Part shown: one piece after another, positions 39,362 through 49,052 of the stretch
Layout: every line of letters begins with the position of its first letter
Position numbering within the stretch: position 1 is the first letter of the stretch
Origin: Escherichia coli
GTDB taxonomy: Bacteria > Pseudomonadota > Gammaproteobacteria > Enterobacterales > Enterobacteriaceae
Length of the DNA stretch: 64,000 nt
Assembly: GCF_044324785.1 (NCBI RefSeq)
Contig: NZ_CP172129.1
Strand: one strand, 5' to 3'
Notes under the pieces: generated by a model
Databases searched by the model: none
What the model was told of the DNA's origin: nothing
What the model saw: the letters and a program-made list of their open reading frames with translations, nothing else
Made by a program: the position numbers and the translations under genes

Positions 39362-41989
39362 GTGAATAACCCACTTGAGGCCGTCACTCAGGCGGTTAAC
39401 TCCCTCGTCACAGCACTGAAACTGCCTGACGAATCCGCAAAGGCCAATGAAGTTCTGGGCGAAATGAGCTTCCCGCAGTTCAGCCGTCTGCTGCCGTACC
39501 GTGATTACAACCAGGAATCCGGTCTGTTCATGAATGACACCACGATGGGCTTTATGCTGGAAGCCATTCCCATCAATGGGGCGAATGAGTCCATTGTGGA
39601 GGCCCTCGATCACATGCTGCGCACCAAACTGCCGCGCGGTATTCCGTTGTGTATCCATCTGATGTCCAGTCAGCTGGTTGGTGACAGGATTGAATACGGG
39701 CTGCGTGAGTTCTCCTGGTCAGGTGAACAGGCTGAACGGTTTAACGCCATTACCCGGGCCTATTATATGAAAGCGGCAGCGACACAGTTTCCGCTGCCGG
39801 AGGGGATGAATCTGCCCCTGACCCTGCGCCATTACCGGGTGTTTATCTCGTACTGTTCTCCTTCGAAGAAAAAAAGCCGGGCCGACATTCTGGAAATGGA
39901 AAACCTGGTGAAAATCATCCGGGCGTCGTTACAGGGGGCCAGTATCACCACACAGACGGTGGATGCACAGGCCTTTATCGATATTGTCGGGGAGATGATT
40001 AACCATAACCCGGACTCCCTGTACCCGAAAAGACGCCAGCTGGACCCGTATTCTGATCTGAATTATCAGTGTGTGGAGGACAGTTTTGACCTGAAAGTCC
40101 GGGCTGATTACCTGACGCTGGGCCTGCGTGAGAGCGGCAGGAACAGTACGGCCCGCATCCTGAATTTCCATCTGGCCCGTAACCCGGAAATCGCTTTTTT
40201 GTGGAACATGGCCGACAACTACAGCAACCTGCTGAACCCGGAGTTGTCCATCTCCTGCCCGTTCATCCTGACGCTGACTCTGGTGGTGGAAGACCAGGTG
40301 AAAACCCACAGCGAAGCCAACCTGAAGTACATGGACCTGGAGAAAAAGTCGAAGACCTCCTATGCCAAATGGTTTCCGTCCGTGGAGAAAGAAGCGAAGG
40401 AGTGGGGGGAACTGCGTCAGCGGCTGGGCTCCGGTCAGTCCTCTGTCGTGTCCTACTTCCTCAACATCACAGCCTTCTGCAAGGACAATAATGAAACGGC
40501 ACTGGAAGTGGAGCAGGACATCCTGAACAGCTTCCGTAAAAACGGTTTTGAGCTGATTTCACCGCGCTTTAACCACATGCGCAATTTCCTGACCTGTCTG
40601 CCCTTTATGGCCGGGAAAGGGTTGTTTAAACAGCTGAAAGAGGCCGGAGTGGTACAGCGCGCAGAGAGCTTTAATGTGGCCAACCTGATGCCGTTAGTGG
40701 CGGATAACCCCCTGACACCGGCAGGTCTGCTGGCACCCACCTACCGTAACCAGCTGGCGTTTATCGATATTTTCTTCCGGGGGATGAATAACACCAACTA
40801 TAACATGGCGGTCTGTGGCACCTCCGGGGCCGGTAAAACCGGGCTGATACAGCCACTTATCCGCAGCGTGCTGGACTCCGGAGGCTTTGCCGTGGTGTTC
40901 GACATGGGGGATGGATACAAGTCCCTGTGTGAGAACATGGGCGGGGTGTATCTGGACGGTGAAACCCTGCGCTTTAACCCGTTTGCGAACATCACCGATA
41001 TTGACCAGTCAGCGGAGCGTGTCCGTGACCAGCTGTCGGTGATGGCCAGCCCCAACGGTAACCTGGATGAAGTGCATGAAGGTCTGCTGCTGCAGGCAGT
41101 CAGGGCATCATGGCTGGCCAAAGAGAACAGGGCACGTATTGATGACGTGGTGGATTTCCTGAAAAACGCCAGTGACAGCGAGCAGTATGCCGAGTCACCG
41201 ACCATCCGCAGCCGTCTGGACGAAATGATTGTGCTGCTTGACCAGTACACTGCTAACGGCACTTATGGCCAGTATTTCAACTCCGATGAGCCGTCCCTGC
41301 GGGATGATGCGAAAATGGTGGTGCTGGAGCTGGGCGGACTGGAAGACCGTCCGTCCCTGCTGGTTGCGGTGATGTTCAGCCTTATCATTTACATTGAGAA
41401 CCGGATGTACCGCACGCCGCGTAACCTCAAGAAACTGAACGTCATTGATGAAGGCTGGCGTCTGCTGGACTTCAAAAATCACAAGGTCGGTGAATTTATT
41501 GAGAAAGGCTACCGTACCGCCCGCCGTCATACCGGTGCCTATATCACCATCACCCAGAACATCGTCGACTTTGACTCTGACAAGGCCTCCAGTGCGGCCC
41601 GTGCAGCATGGGGTAACTCCTCCTACAAAATTATCCTCAAACAGAGTGCGAAGGAGTTCGCGAAATACAACCAGCTGTATCCGGACCAGTTCCTGCCACT
41701 GCAGCGTGACATGATTGGTAAGTTCGGTGCGGCCAAAGATCAGTGGTTCAGTTCCTTCCTGCTGCAGGTGGAAAACCATTCCTCCTGGCACCGCCTGTTT
41801 GTGGACCCGTTAAGCCGCGCCATGTACAGCTCTGACGGCCCGGATTTTGAGTTTGTGCAGCAGAAACGTAAAGAGGGGCTGAGTATTCATGAGGCAGTGT
41901 GGCAGCTGGCGTGGAAGAAGTCAGGGCCGGAGATGGCTTCGCTGGAAGCCTGGCTGGAAGAACATGAGAAATACAGGAGTGTTGCATGA
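39362..41989 (+). CDS. traC: TraC (VirB4-family ATPase)
   Basis: 875 aa with Walker A GTSGAGKT. Confidence 0.96.
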   Translation: MNNPLEAVTQAVNSLVTALKLPDESAKANEVLGEMSFPQFSRLLPYRDYNQESGLFMNDTTMGFMLEAIPINGANESIVEALDHMLRTKLPRGIPLCIHLMSSQLVGDRIEYGLREFSWSGEQAERFNAITRAYYMKAAATQFPLPEGMNLPLTLRHYRVFISYCSPSKKKSRADILEMENLVKIIRASLQGASITTQTVDAQAFIDIVGEMINHNPDSLYPKRRQLDPYSDLNYQCVEDSFDLKVRADYLTLGLRESGRNSTARILNFHLARNPEIAFLWNMADNYSNLLNPELSISCPFILTLTLVVEDQVKTHSEANLKYMDLEKKSKTSYAKWFPSVEKEAKEWGELRQRLGSGQSSVVSYFLNITAFCKDNNETALEVEQDILNSFRKNGFELISPRFNHMRNFLTCLPFMAGKGLFKQLKEAGVVQRAESFNVANLMPLVADNPLTPAGLLAPTYRNQLAFIDIFFRGMNNTNYNMAVCGTSGAGKTGLIQPLIRSVLDSGGFAVVFDMGDGYKSLCENMGGVYLDGETLRFNPFANITDIDQSAERVRDQLSVMASPNGNLDEVHEGLLLQAVRASWLAKENRARIDDVVDFLKNASDSEQYAESPTIRSRLDEMIVLLDQYTANGTYGQYFNSDEPSLRDDAKMVVLELGGLEDRPSLLVAVMFSLIIYIENRMYRTPRNLKKLNVIDEGWRLLDFKNHKVGEFIEKGYRTARRHTGAYITITQNIVDFDSDKASSAARAAWGNSSYKIILKQSAKEFAKYNQLYPDQFLPLQRDMIGKFGAAKDQWFSSFLLQVENHSSWHRLFVDPLSRAMYSSDGPDFEFVQQKRKEGLSIHEAVWQLAWKKSGPEMASLEAWLEEHEKYRSVA

Positions 41990-42372
41990 CCACAACGCAA
42001 AAAACGACTGACGTTACAGCCCCCCGACGCAGCCACTGGTGGTGGACGGTGCCGGGATGCCTGGCAATGGTGTTACTGAACGCAGCCATCAGTTACGGCA
42101 TTGTCAGACTGAACGCACCGGTGACTGCCGCCTTCAACATGAAACAGACCGTGGATGCGTTTTTTGACAGCGCCAGTCAGAAACAACTGTCAGAAGCACA
42201 GTCAAAAGCCCTTTCAGCGCGTTTTAACACGGCACTGGAAGCCAGCCTGCAGGCATGGCAGCAGAAACACCACGCGGTCATTCTGGTGTCGCCTGCCGTG
42301 GTACAGGGGGCTCCGGATATCACCCGGGAAATCCAGCAGGATATCGCCCGGCGAATGAGGGCGGAGCCATGA
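41986..42372 (+). CDS. trbI: TrbI
   Basis: 128 aa, overlaps the traC stop. Confidence 0.9.
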   Translation: MTTTQKTTDVTAPRRSHWWWTVPGCLAMVLLNAAISYGIVRLNAPVTAAFNMKQTVDAFFDSASQKQLSEAQSKALSARFNTALEASLQAWQQKHHAVILVSPAVVQGAPDITREIQQDIARRMRAEP

Positions 42373-43001
42373 GATGCCGGGGGCTGATTGCCCTGCTGAT
42401 ATGGGGGCAGAGTGTGGCCGCCGCCGATCTTGGTACCTGGGGCGATCTGTGGCCGGTAAAGGAGCCGGACATGCTGACGGTGATCATGCAGCGCCTGACG
42501 GCACTGGAGCAGTCCGGTGAGATGGGCCGGAAAATGGATGCCTTTAAGGAGCGGGTGATCCGCAACAGTCTGCGGCCCCCTGCCGTGCCCGGTATCGGAC
42601 GCACGGAGAAATACGGCAGCCGGTTGTTTGACCCGTCCGTCAGACTGGCTGCGGATATCCGGGATAACGAAGGGCGGGTGTTTGCCCGTCAGGGTGAAGT
42701 GATGAATCCGCTGCAGTATGTTCCTTTTAACCAGACGCTGTATTTCATCAATGGCGATGATCCGGCGCAGGTGGCCTGGATGAAACGCCAGACGCCGCCC
42801 ACACTGGAGAGCAAAATTATCCTCGTGCAGGGCAGTATCCCGGAGATGCAGAAGTCTCTGGACAGCCGTGTTTACTTTGACCAGAACGGTGTGCTCTGCC
42901 AGCGCCTCGGCATTGATCAGGTCCCGGCACGGGTGAGCGCCGTTCCCGGCGATCGCTTCCTGAAGGTGGAATTTATTCCGGCAGAGGAGGGCAGAAAATG
43001 A
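42369..43001 (+). CDS. traW: TraW (210 aa)
   Basis: MRCRGLIALLIWGQSVAAADLGTWGDLWPVKEPDML... The ATG at 42369 overlaps the trbI stop. The track ORF starts further upstream inside trbI. Confidence 0.92.
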   Translation: MRCRGLIALLIWGQSVAAADLGTWGDLWPVKEPDMLTVIMQRLTALEQSGEMGRKMDAFKERVIRNSLRPPAVPGIGRTEKYGSRLFDPSVRLAADIRDNEGRVFARQGEVMNPLQYVPFNQTLYFINGDDPAQVAWMKRQTPPTLESKIILVQGSIPEMQKSLDSRVYFDQNGVLCQRLGIDQVPARVSAVPGDRFLKVEFIPAEEGRK

Positions 43002-43990
43002 AGCGAAGCCTGTGGCTGCTGATGTTATTCCTTCTCGCCGGTCATGTCCCTGCAGCGTCTGCGGATTCTGCCTGTGAGGGGCGTTTTGTAAACCCGATCA
43101 CGGATATCTGCTGGAGCTGTATTTTCCCGCTCTCGCTGGGCAGTATCAAAGTCAGTCAGGGTAAGGTCCCCGACACGGCGAACCCGTCGATGCCCATTCA
43201 GATTTGTCCGGCACCGCCGCCGCTGTTCAGGCGTATCGGGCTGGCCATTGGTTACTGGGAGCCGATGGCGCTGACGGACGTCACCCGATCACCGGGATGC
43301 ATGGTTAACCTGGGCTTCAGCCTGCCGGCTTTTGGTAAAACGGCACAGGGAACGGCGAAAAAGGATGAGAAGCAGGTGAACGGGGCGTTCTATCACGTTC
43401 ACTGGTACAAATACCCGCTGACGTACTGGCTTAACATCATCACATCGCTGGGCTGTCTGGAAGGTGGTGACCTGGATATCGCTTATCTTTCTGAAATCGA
43501 CCCCACCTGGACGGACAGCAGCCTGACCACCATTCTCAATCCGGAAGCTGTCATCTTTGCCAATCCGATAGCACAGGGGGCCTGTGCAGCAGATGCCATT
43601 GCCAGCGCCTTTAATATGCCTCTCGATGTTCTGTTCTGGTGTGCCGGTTCGCAGGGCAGTATGTACCCGTTCAATGGCTGGGTGAGTAATGAGTCCAGTC
43701 CGTTGCAGTCCTCCCTGCTGGTCAGTGAACGCATGGCGTTCAAGCTGCACCGTCAGGGCATGATTATGGAAACCATCGGGAAAAATAACGCCGTCTGTAA
43801 TGAATATCCGTCCCCAATCCTGCCCAAAGAACGCTGGCGTTACCAGATGGTGAATATGTACCCGGACAGCGGACAGTGCCACCCGTTCGGGCGCAGTGTG
43901 ACCCGCTGGGAAACCGGGAAAAATCCGCCCAATACAAAGAAAAACTTCGGCTACCTGATGTGGCGTAAACGTAACTGTGTCTTCCTGTGA
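42998..43990 (+). CDS. traU: TraU
   Basis: 330 aa with a signal peptide, Cys-rich. Confidence 0.95.
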   Translation: MKRSLWLLMLFLLAGHVPAASADSACEGRFVNPITDICWSCIFPLSLGSIKVSQGKVPDTANPSMPIQICPAPPPLFRRIGLAIGYWEPMALTDVTRSPGCMVNLGFSLPAFGKTAQGTAKKDEKQVNGAFYHVHWYKYPLTYWLNIITSLGCLEGGDLDIAYLSEIDPTWTDSSLTTILNPEAVIFANPIAQGACAADAIASAFNMPLDVLFWCAGSQGSMYPFNGWVSNESSPLQSSLLVSERMAFKLHRQGMIMETIGKNNAVCNEYPSPILPKERWRYQMVNMYPDSGQCHPFGRSVTRWETGKNPPNTKKNFGYLMWRKRNCVFL

Positions 43991-43995
43991 GGTGA

Positions 43996-44637
43996 ATGAT
44001 GAAGCTGAGTATGAAATCTCTGGCAGCACTGCTGATGATGCTGAACGGGGCGGTTATGGCGTCAGAAAACGTGAACACTCCTGAAAACCGCCAGTTCCTG
44101 AAGCAGCAGGAAAATTTAAGCAGACAACTGCGTGAAAAACCTGACCATCAGCTGAAAGCCTGGGCGGAGAAGCAGGTGCTGGAAAACCCCCTTCAGCGTT
44201 CAGATAACCATTTCCTGGATGAGCTGGTTCGTAAACAGCAGGCTTCGCAGGACGGGAAACCCCGGCAGGGTGCTCTGTATTTTGTGTCGTTTTCCATTCC
44301 CGAAGAGGGGCTGAAACGAATGCTGGGCGAAACCCGGCACTACGGTATACCCGCCACACTGCGGGGCATGGTGAACAATGACCTGAAGACCACCGCTGAA
44401 GCCGTGCTGTCCCTGGTGAAAGACGGCGCGACTGATGGTGTTCAGATCGACCCGACGCTGTTTTCACAGTACGGCATTCGCAGTGTACCGGCACTGGTGG
44501 TGTTCTGCAGTCAGGGATACGACATCATCCGGGGAAACCTGCGGGTCGGCCAGGCGCTGGAGAAAGTGGCCGCCACGGGTGACTGCCGGCAGGTGGCTCA
44601 TGATTTACTGGCAGGGAAAGGAGTTTCCGGGAAATGA
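43996..44637 (+). CDS. trbC: TrbC
   Basis: 213 aa periplasmic protein, in F gene order. Confidence 0.92.
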   Translation: MMKLSMKSLAALLMMLNGAVMASENVNTPENRQFLKQQENLSRQLREKPDHQLKAWAEKQVLENPLQRSDNHFLDELVRKQQASQDGKPRQGALYFVSFSIPEEGLKRMLGETRHYGIPATLRGMVNNDLKTTAEAVLSLVKDGATDGVQIDPTLFSQYGIRSVPALVVFCSQGYDIIRGNLRVGQALEKVAATGDCRQVAHDLLAGKGVSGK

Positions 44638-46442
44638 AACGTATTTTACCTCTGATACTGGCTCTGGTTGCCGGCATGGCACAGGCTGACAGCAACAGTG
44701 ATTACCGGGCCGGTTCTGATTTTGCTCACCAGATCAAAGGGCAGGGAAGCAGCAGTATTCAGGGCTTTAAGCCACAGGAGAGTATCCCCGGCTATAACGC
44801 GAATCCGGACGAGACAAAATACTACGGTGGCGTGACTGCCGGCGGGGATGGCGGCCTGAAAAATGACGGCACCACGGAATGGGCGACCGGTGAAACCGGA
44901 AAAACCATCACAGAGTCATTCATGAACAAGCCGAAAGACATTCTTTCACCGGATGCACCGTTTATCCAGACCGGCAGGGATGTGGTGAACCGGGCTGACA
45001 GCATTGTGGGAAACACCGGGCAGCAGTGCAGTGCGCAGGAGATTAGCCGGAGTGAATACACGAATTACACCTGTGAGCGGGATTTACAGGTGGAGCAGTA
45101 CTGCACACGAACTGCCCGTATGGAGCTGCAGGGGAGTACCACATGGGAAACCCGGACGCTGGAGTATGAAATGAGTCAGCTACCTGCACGTGAAGTGAAT
45201 GGTCAGTATGTTGTCTCCATTACCTCTCCCGTTACCGGTGAAATTGTCAATGCGCATTACAGCTGGAGTCGTACTTACCTGCAGAAGAGTGTACCTATGA
45301 CAATTACAGTACTGGGAACCCCACTGAGCTGGAATGCCAAATACTCAGCAGATGCCTCATTTACACCAGTACAGAAAACACTGACTGCCGGTGTTGCTTT
45401 TACGTCATCTCACCCCGTCCGGGTCGGGAATACAAAATTCAAACGTCATACGGCAATGAAGCTGCGTCTGGTTGTCAGGGTAAAAAAAGCCTCGTACACC
45501 CCGTATGTTGTCTGGTCTGAAAGCTGCCCGTTCAGCAAGGAGCTGGGGAAACTGACAAAAACAGAATGTACGGAGGCTGGCGGGAACAGGACGCTGGTGA
45601 AAGACGGTCAGTCATACAGCATGTACCAGAGCTGCTGGGCATACCGGGACACGTATGTCACACAGTCAGCAGACAAGGGAACCTGTCAGACCTACGCCGA
45701 CAATCCTGCCTGTACCCTGGTGTCACACCAGTGCACCTTTTACTCCGAAGAAGGTGCCTGTCTGCATGAATATGCCACGTACTCCTGTGAGTCAAAAACA
45801 TCCGGGAAAGTGATGGTCTGTGGGGGAGACGTCTTCTGTCTCGATGGCGAATGCGATAAGGCTCAGAGCGGGAAGAGTAATGATTTTGCCGAAGCCGTTT
45901 CTCAGCTGGCGGCACTGGCCGCAGCAGGTAAGGATGTTGCGGCGCTGAACGGGGTGGATGTCCGTGCTTTCACCGGTCAGGCGAAATTTTGTAAGAAGGC
46001 TGCAGCCGGATACAGCAACTGCTGTAAGGACAGCGGCTGGGGACAGGATATCGGGCTGGCCAAATGCAGCAGTGATGAAAAAGCCCTGGCTAAAGCAAAA
46101 TCAAACAAACTGACCGTCAGTGTCGGAGAGTTCTGTTCGAAGAAAGTGCTGGGTGTCTGCCTGGAGAAAAAACGCAGTTACTGTCAGTTTGATTCGAAGC
46201 TGGCGCAGATAGTCCAGCAGCAGGGGCGCAACGGACAGCTGCGTATCAGTTTTGGCAGTGCGAAGCATCCTGACTGTCGGGGGATTACGGTTGATGAGCT
46301 GCAGAAAATTCAGTTCGACAGACTGGATTTCACTAACTTCTACGAAGACCTGATGAATAACCAGAAAATCCCGGACAGTGGTGTTCTGACGCAGAAAGTG
46401 AAAGAGCAGATTGCTGACCAGCTGAAACAGGCAGGACAGTAA
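44634..46442 (+). CDS. traN: Mating-pair stabilisation protein TraN
   Basis: 602 aa with a signal peptide and many Cys. Confidence 0.95.
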   Translation: MKRILPLILALVAGMAQADSNSDYRAGSDFAHQIKGQGSSSIQGFKPQESIPGYNANPDETKYYGGVTAGGDGGLKNDGTTEWATGETGKTITESFMNKPKDILSPDAPFIQTGRDVVNRADSIVGNTGQQCSAQEISRSEYTNYTCERDLQVEQYCTRTARMELQGSTTWETRTLEYEMSQLPAREVNGQYVVSITSPVTGEIVNAHYSWSRTYLQKSVPMTITVLGTPLSWNAKYSADASFTPVQKTLTAGVAFTSSHPVRVGNTKFKRHTAMKLRLVVRVKKASYTPYVVWSESCPFSKELGKLTKTECTEAGGNRTLVKDGQSYSMYQSCWAYRDTYVTQSADKGTCQTYADNPACTLVSHQCTFYSEEGACLHEYATYSCESKTSGKVMVCGGDVFCLDGECDKAQSGKSNDFAEAVSQLAALAAAGKDVAALNGVDVRAFTGQAKFCKKAAAGYSNCCKDSGWGQDIGLAKCSSDEKALAKAKSNKLTVSVGEFCSKKVLGVCLEKKRSYCQFDSKLAQIVQQQGRNGQLRISFGSAKHPDCRGITVDELQKIQFDRLDFTNFYEDLMNNQKIPDSGVLTQKVKEQIADQLKQAGQ

Positions 46443-46465
46443 GGTAGGGAAAATAACCGGGGAAA

Positions 46466-46726
46466 ATGATGAAAGTCATATTCACGTCGAACCGTTTTAT
46501 TGATTTTCTTATCCGGCTTTTGATTACAGCGATTGTCATTTCCCCGGTAATTATCTGGTCGTGGGATACGGTAAAAGAAACCACTGCAGGTGAGATACTT
46601 GCTGCTGCTTTCGTTATTTTTTACTCCGGTGTGCTCCTGTTTATTCTGTATTTTTGTTTTTCTGCCCTGACTGACCTGCAGAAACCTGATGAAAGAAAAA
46701 GTGATGAAAGGAATGAAGATGAATAA
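46466..46726 (+). CDS. trbE: TrbE
   Basis: 86 aa membrane protein, in F gene order. Confidence 0.85.
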   Translation: MMKVIFTSNRFIDFLIRLLITAIVISPVIIWSWDTVKETTAGEILAAAFVIFYSGVLLFILYFCFSALTDLQKPDERKSDERNEDE

Positions 46727-47462
46727 AGCATTACTGCCACTGTTACTCTGCTGCTTTATTTTTCCGGCGTCAGGAAAAGATGCAGGCTGGCAGTGGTATA
46801 ACGAGAAAATAAATCCGAAGGAAAAAGAAAATAAACCAGTACCTGCAGCCCCCCGTCAGGAGCCGGACATTATGCAGAAACTGGCCGCACTGCAGACGGC
46901 AACAAAGCGGGCGCTGTACGAAGCTATTCTGTATCCCGGCGTGGATAATTTTGTGAAATATTTCCGGCTGCAGAATTACTGGACTCAGCAGGCCGGGCTT
47001 TTCACCATGAGCGCCAAAAAAGCCATGCTGGCGCATCCCGAACTGGACTATAACCTGCAGTACAGCCATTACAACGGCACGGTCCGGAACCAGCTGGCGG
47101 CAGACCAGGTGCAGCAGCGACAGGCCATTGCGAAACTGGCTGAACACTACGGCATCATGTTCTTTTACCGGGGGCAGGGCCCCATCGACGGGCAGCTGGC
47201 GCAGGTCATTAATGGCTTCAGGGATACCTATGGTCTGAGTGTTATTCCCGTTTCCGTGGATGGCGTGATTAATCCGCTGTTGCCGGATTCCCGGACTGAC
47301 CAGGGGCAGGCGCAGCGCCTCGGCGTGAAATATTTCCCGGCCATGATGCTGGTTGACCCGAAACAGGGCAGTGTTCGCCCGTTATCATACGGTTTTATTT
47401 CGCAGGACGACCTGGCAAAACAATTCCTGAACGTTTCTGAAGATTTTAAACCCAATTTTTAA
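46719..47462 (+). CDS. traF: TraF (thioredoxin-fold pilus assembly protein, 247 aa)
   Basis: MNKALLPLLLCCFIFPASGKDAGWQWYNE... from the ATG at 46719. Confidence 0.93.
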   Translation: MNKALLPLLLCCFIFPASGKDAGWQWYNEKINPKEKENKPVPAAPRQEPDIMQKLAALQTATKRALYEAILYPGVDNFVKYFRLQNYWTQQAGLFTMSAKKAMLAHPELDYNLQYSHYNGTVRNQLAADQVQQRQAIAKLAEHYGIMFFYRGQGPIDGQLAQVINGFRDTYGLSVIPVSVDGVINPLLPDSRTDQGQAQRLGVKYFPAMMLVDPKQGSVRPLSYGFISQDDLAKQFLNVSEDFKPNF

Positions 47463-47477
47463 TCGCGGATTTGATTT

Positions 47478-47825
47478 ATGAGTGAAGATTGTTTGAAAAT
47501 GTTTACAGGTGTTGTTCTGTTAATATTTGTCATTATTGCCGGTTATTTCTTTTCTGAGCGTAATGACAGGAAAATGTTTCTCCTGAGCTCACTGGTTTTC
47601 CTTGTTATTAATATCGCGTGTTTATATGTGCTGACTGCCAGTCTCTGGTTTCTGTGTGGTGCAATTATGAATCAGGGCGCAGCAATGGTTGTTCCAATGG
47701 TTATTGGCTCATTACCGAACGTTACGAGCTTCGACGGGTTCAGAAGAATATTTATCTGTATTATGTTGTCATCAGTATGGTCCGGAGTGATGTGGTTTTT
47801 TATAAGGGGGCTTATGACAGGCTAA
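47478..47825 (+). CDS. trbA: TrbA
   Basis: 115 aa polytopic membrane protein, in F gene order. Confidence 0.85.
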   Translation: MSEDCLKMFTGVVLLIFVIIAGYFFSERNDRKMFLLSSLVFLVINIACLYVLTASLWFLCGAIMNQGAAMVVPMVIGSLPNVTSFDGFRRIFICIMLSSVWSGVMWFFIRGLMTG

Positions 47826-47943
47826 GTCATATAAAACGGTAATAAAAACCATACAAAATAATGAGGTTGATCTGATTAATATCACACAAACGCGAATATT
47901 ACAGACATAAATACTCTCATGTAAATAATAACCGGAGTTTAAC

Positions 47944-48228
47944 ATGATAAGTAAACGCAGATTCTCTTTACCCCGGCTTGATATTACGGGAATGTGGGTA
48001 TTTTCCCTGGGTGTCTGGTTTCATATCGTCGCCCGTCTTGTTTACAGCAAACCCTGGATGGCTTTTTTTCTGGCGGAGTTGATTGCGGCCATCCTTGTGC
48101 TGTTCGGCGCATACCAGGTGCTGGATGCATGGATTGCCCGTGTCAGCCGGGAAGAGCGTGAGGCACTGGAAGCCAGGCAACAGGCCATGATGGAAGGGCA
48201 GCAGGAGGGCAGACATGTCTCTCATTAA
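47944..48228 (+). CDS. traQ: Pilin chaperone TraQ
   Basis: 94 aa, in F gene order. Confidence 0.9.
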   Translation: MISKRRFSLPRLDITGMWVFSLGVWFHIVARLVYSKPWMAFFLAELIAAILVLFGAYQVLDAWIARVSREEREALEARQQAMMEGQQEGRHVSH

Positions 48229-48760
48229 ATCACTGTTGTTCACCCTGTTGCTGGCAGCCGCTGCCGTGCAGGCCTCCACCCGGGATGAAATTGAACGACT
48301 CTGGAATCCGCAGGGCATGGCCGCGCAGCCTGCACAACCGGCAGCAGGCACGTCAGCCAGGACAGAAAAGCCGGCTCCCCGCTGGTTCCGCCTCAGCAAC
48401 GGCAGGCAGGTTAACCTGGCCGACTGGAAGGTGGTGCTGTTTATGCAGGGGCATTGCCCTTACTGTCACCAGTTTGACCCGGTACTGAAACAGCTGGCAC
48501 AGCAGTACGGCTTTTCCGTTTTTCCCTACACCCTGGATGGTCAGGGGGATACCGCCTTTCCGGAAGCATTACCGGTGCCACCGGACGTGATGCAGACCTT
48601 CTTCCCGAATATCCCGGTGGCCACACCGACCACCTTCCTGGTCAACGTCAACACGCTTGAGGCATTACCGCTTTTACAGGGGGCAACGGATGCCGCCGGT
48701 TTTATGGCGCGGATGGATACCGTTCTGCAGATGTACGGAGGAAAAAAAGGTGCGAAATAA
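48215..48760 (+). CDS. trbB: TrbB (thiol-disulfide isomerase)
   Basis: 181 aa with a signal peptide and a CPYC active site. Confidence 0.93.
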   Translation: MSLIKSLLFTLLLAAAAVQASTRDEIERLWNPQGMAAQPAQPAAGTSARTEKPAPRWFRLSNGRQVNLADWKVVLFMQGHCPYCHQFDPVLKQLAQQYGFSVFPYTLDGQGDTAFPEALPVPPDVMQTFFPNIPVATPTTFLVNVNTLEALPLLQGATDAAGFMARMDTVLQMYGGKKGAK

Positions 48761-49052
48761 GCAGGTGGTGTTACTCATTGCCGGAATATCCGGCATCGCG
48801 ACGGGAATAATCGTCAGCCTGAATATCCCCTTTATCCATCAGGGGCTTTTTTATCCCGCCAGCCCTGTAGAAATTGTCGTTTCGCTGTGCCTTACCTTTT
48901 CTGTTTCTGTTGTGTTTTTTGTGGGGGCAATTGTGGGATGGATTTCGGTGTCTGAAATATATTACAGCCGCAGGACTGGACGGAAATATCGGGATATTCC
49001 TGCTGAAATGTCGTATGCGCCGGGAGAACAAATTAAGGGAGGGCAAGAATGA
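48750..49052 (+). CDS. Small inner-membrane protein in the trbJ/trbF position (100 aa from GTG 48750; the same frame is open from 48657, 131 aa)
   Basis: Two TM segments. GTG at 48750 is preceded by GGAGGAAAAAAAG. I cannot tell from memory whether this corresponds to F trbJ or trbF. Confidence 0.55.
   Translation: MRNKQVVLLIAGISGIATGIIVSLNIPFIHQGLFYPASPVEIVVSLCLTFSVSVVFFVGAIVGWISVSEIYYSRRTGRKYRDIPAEMSYAPGEQIKGGQE

Noticed and set aside
48657-49052. A possible missing gene: I recall F having both trbJ and trbF between trbB and traH, whereas only one ~100-131-codon frame fits here.
   Set aside because: My memory of the F gene sizes and overlaps here is not reliable enough to claim a deletion. 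Alignment to F is needed before calling it.
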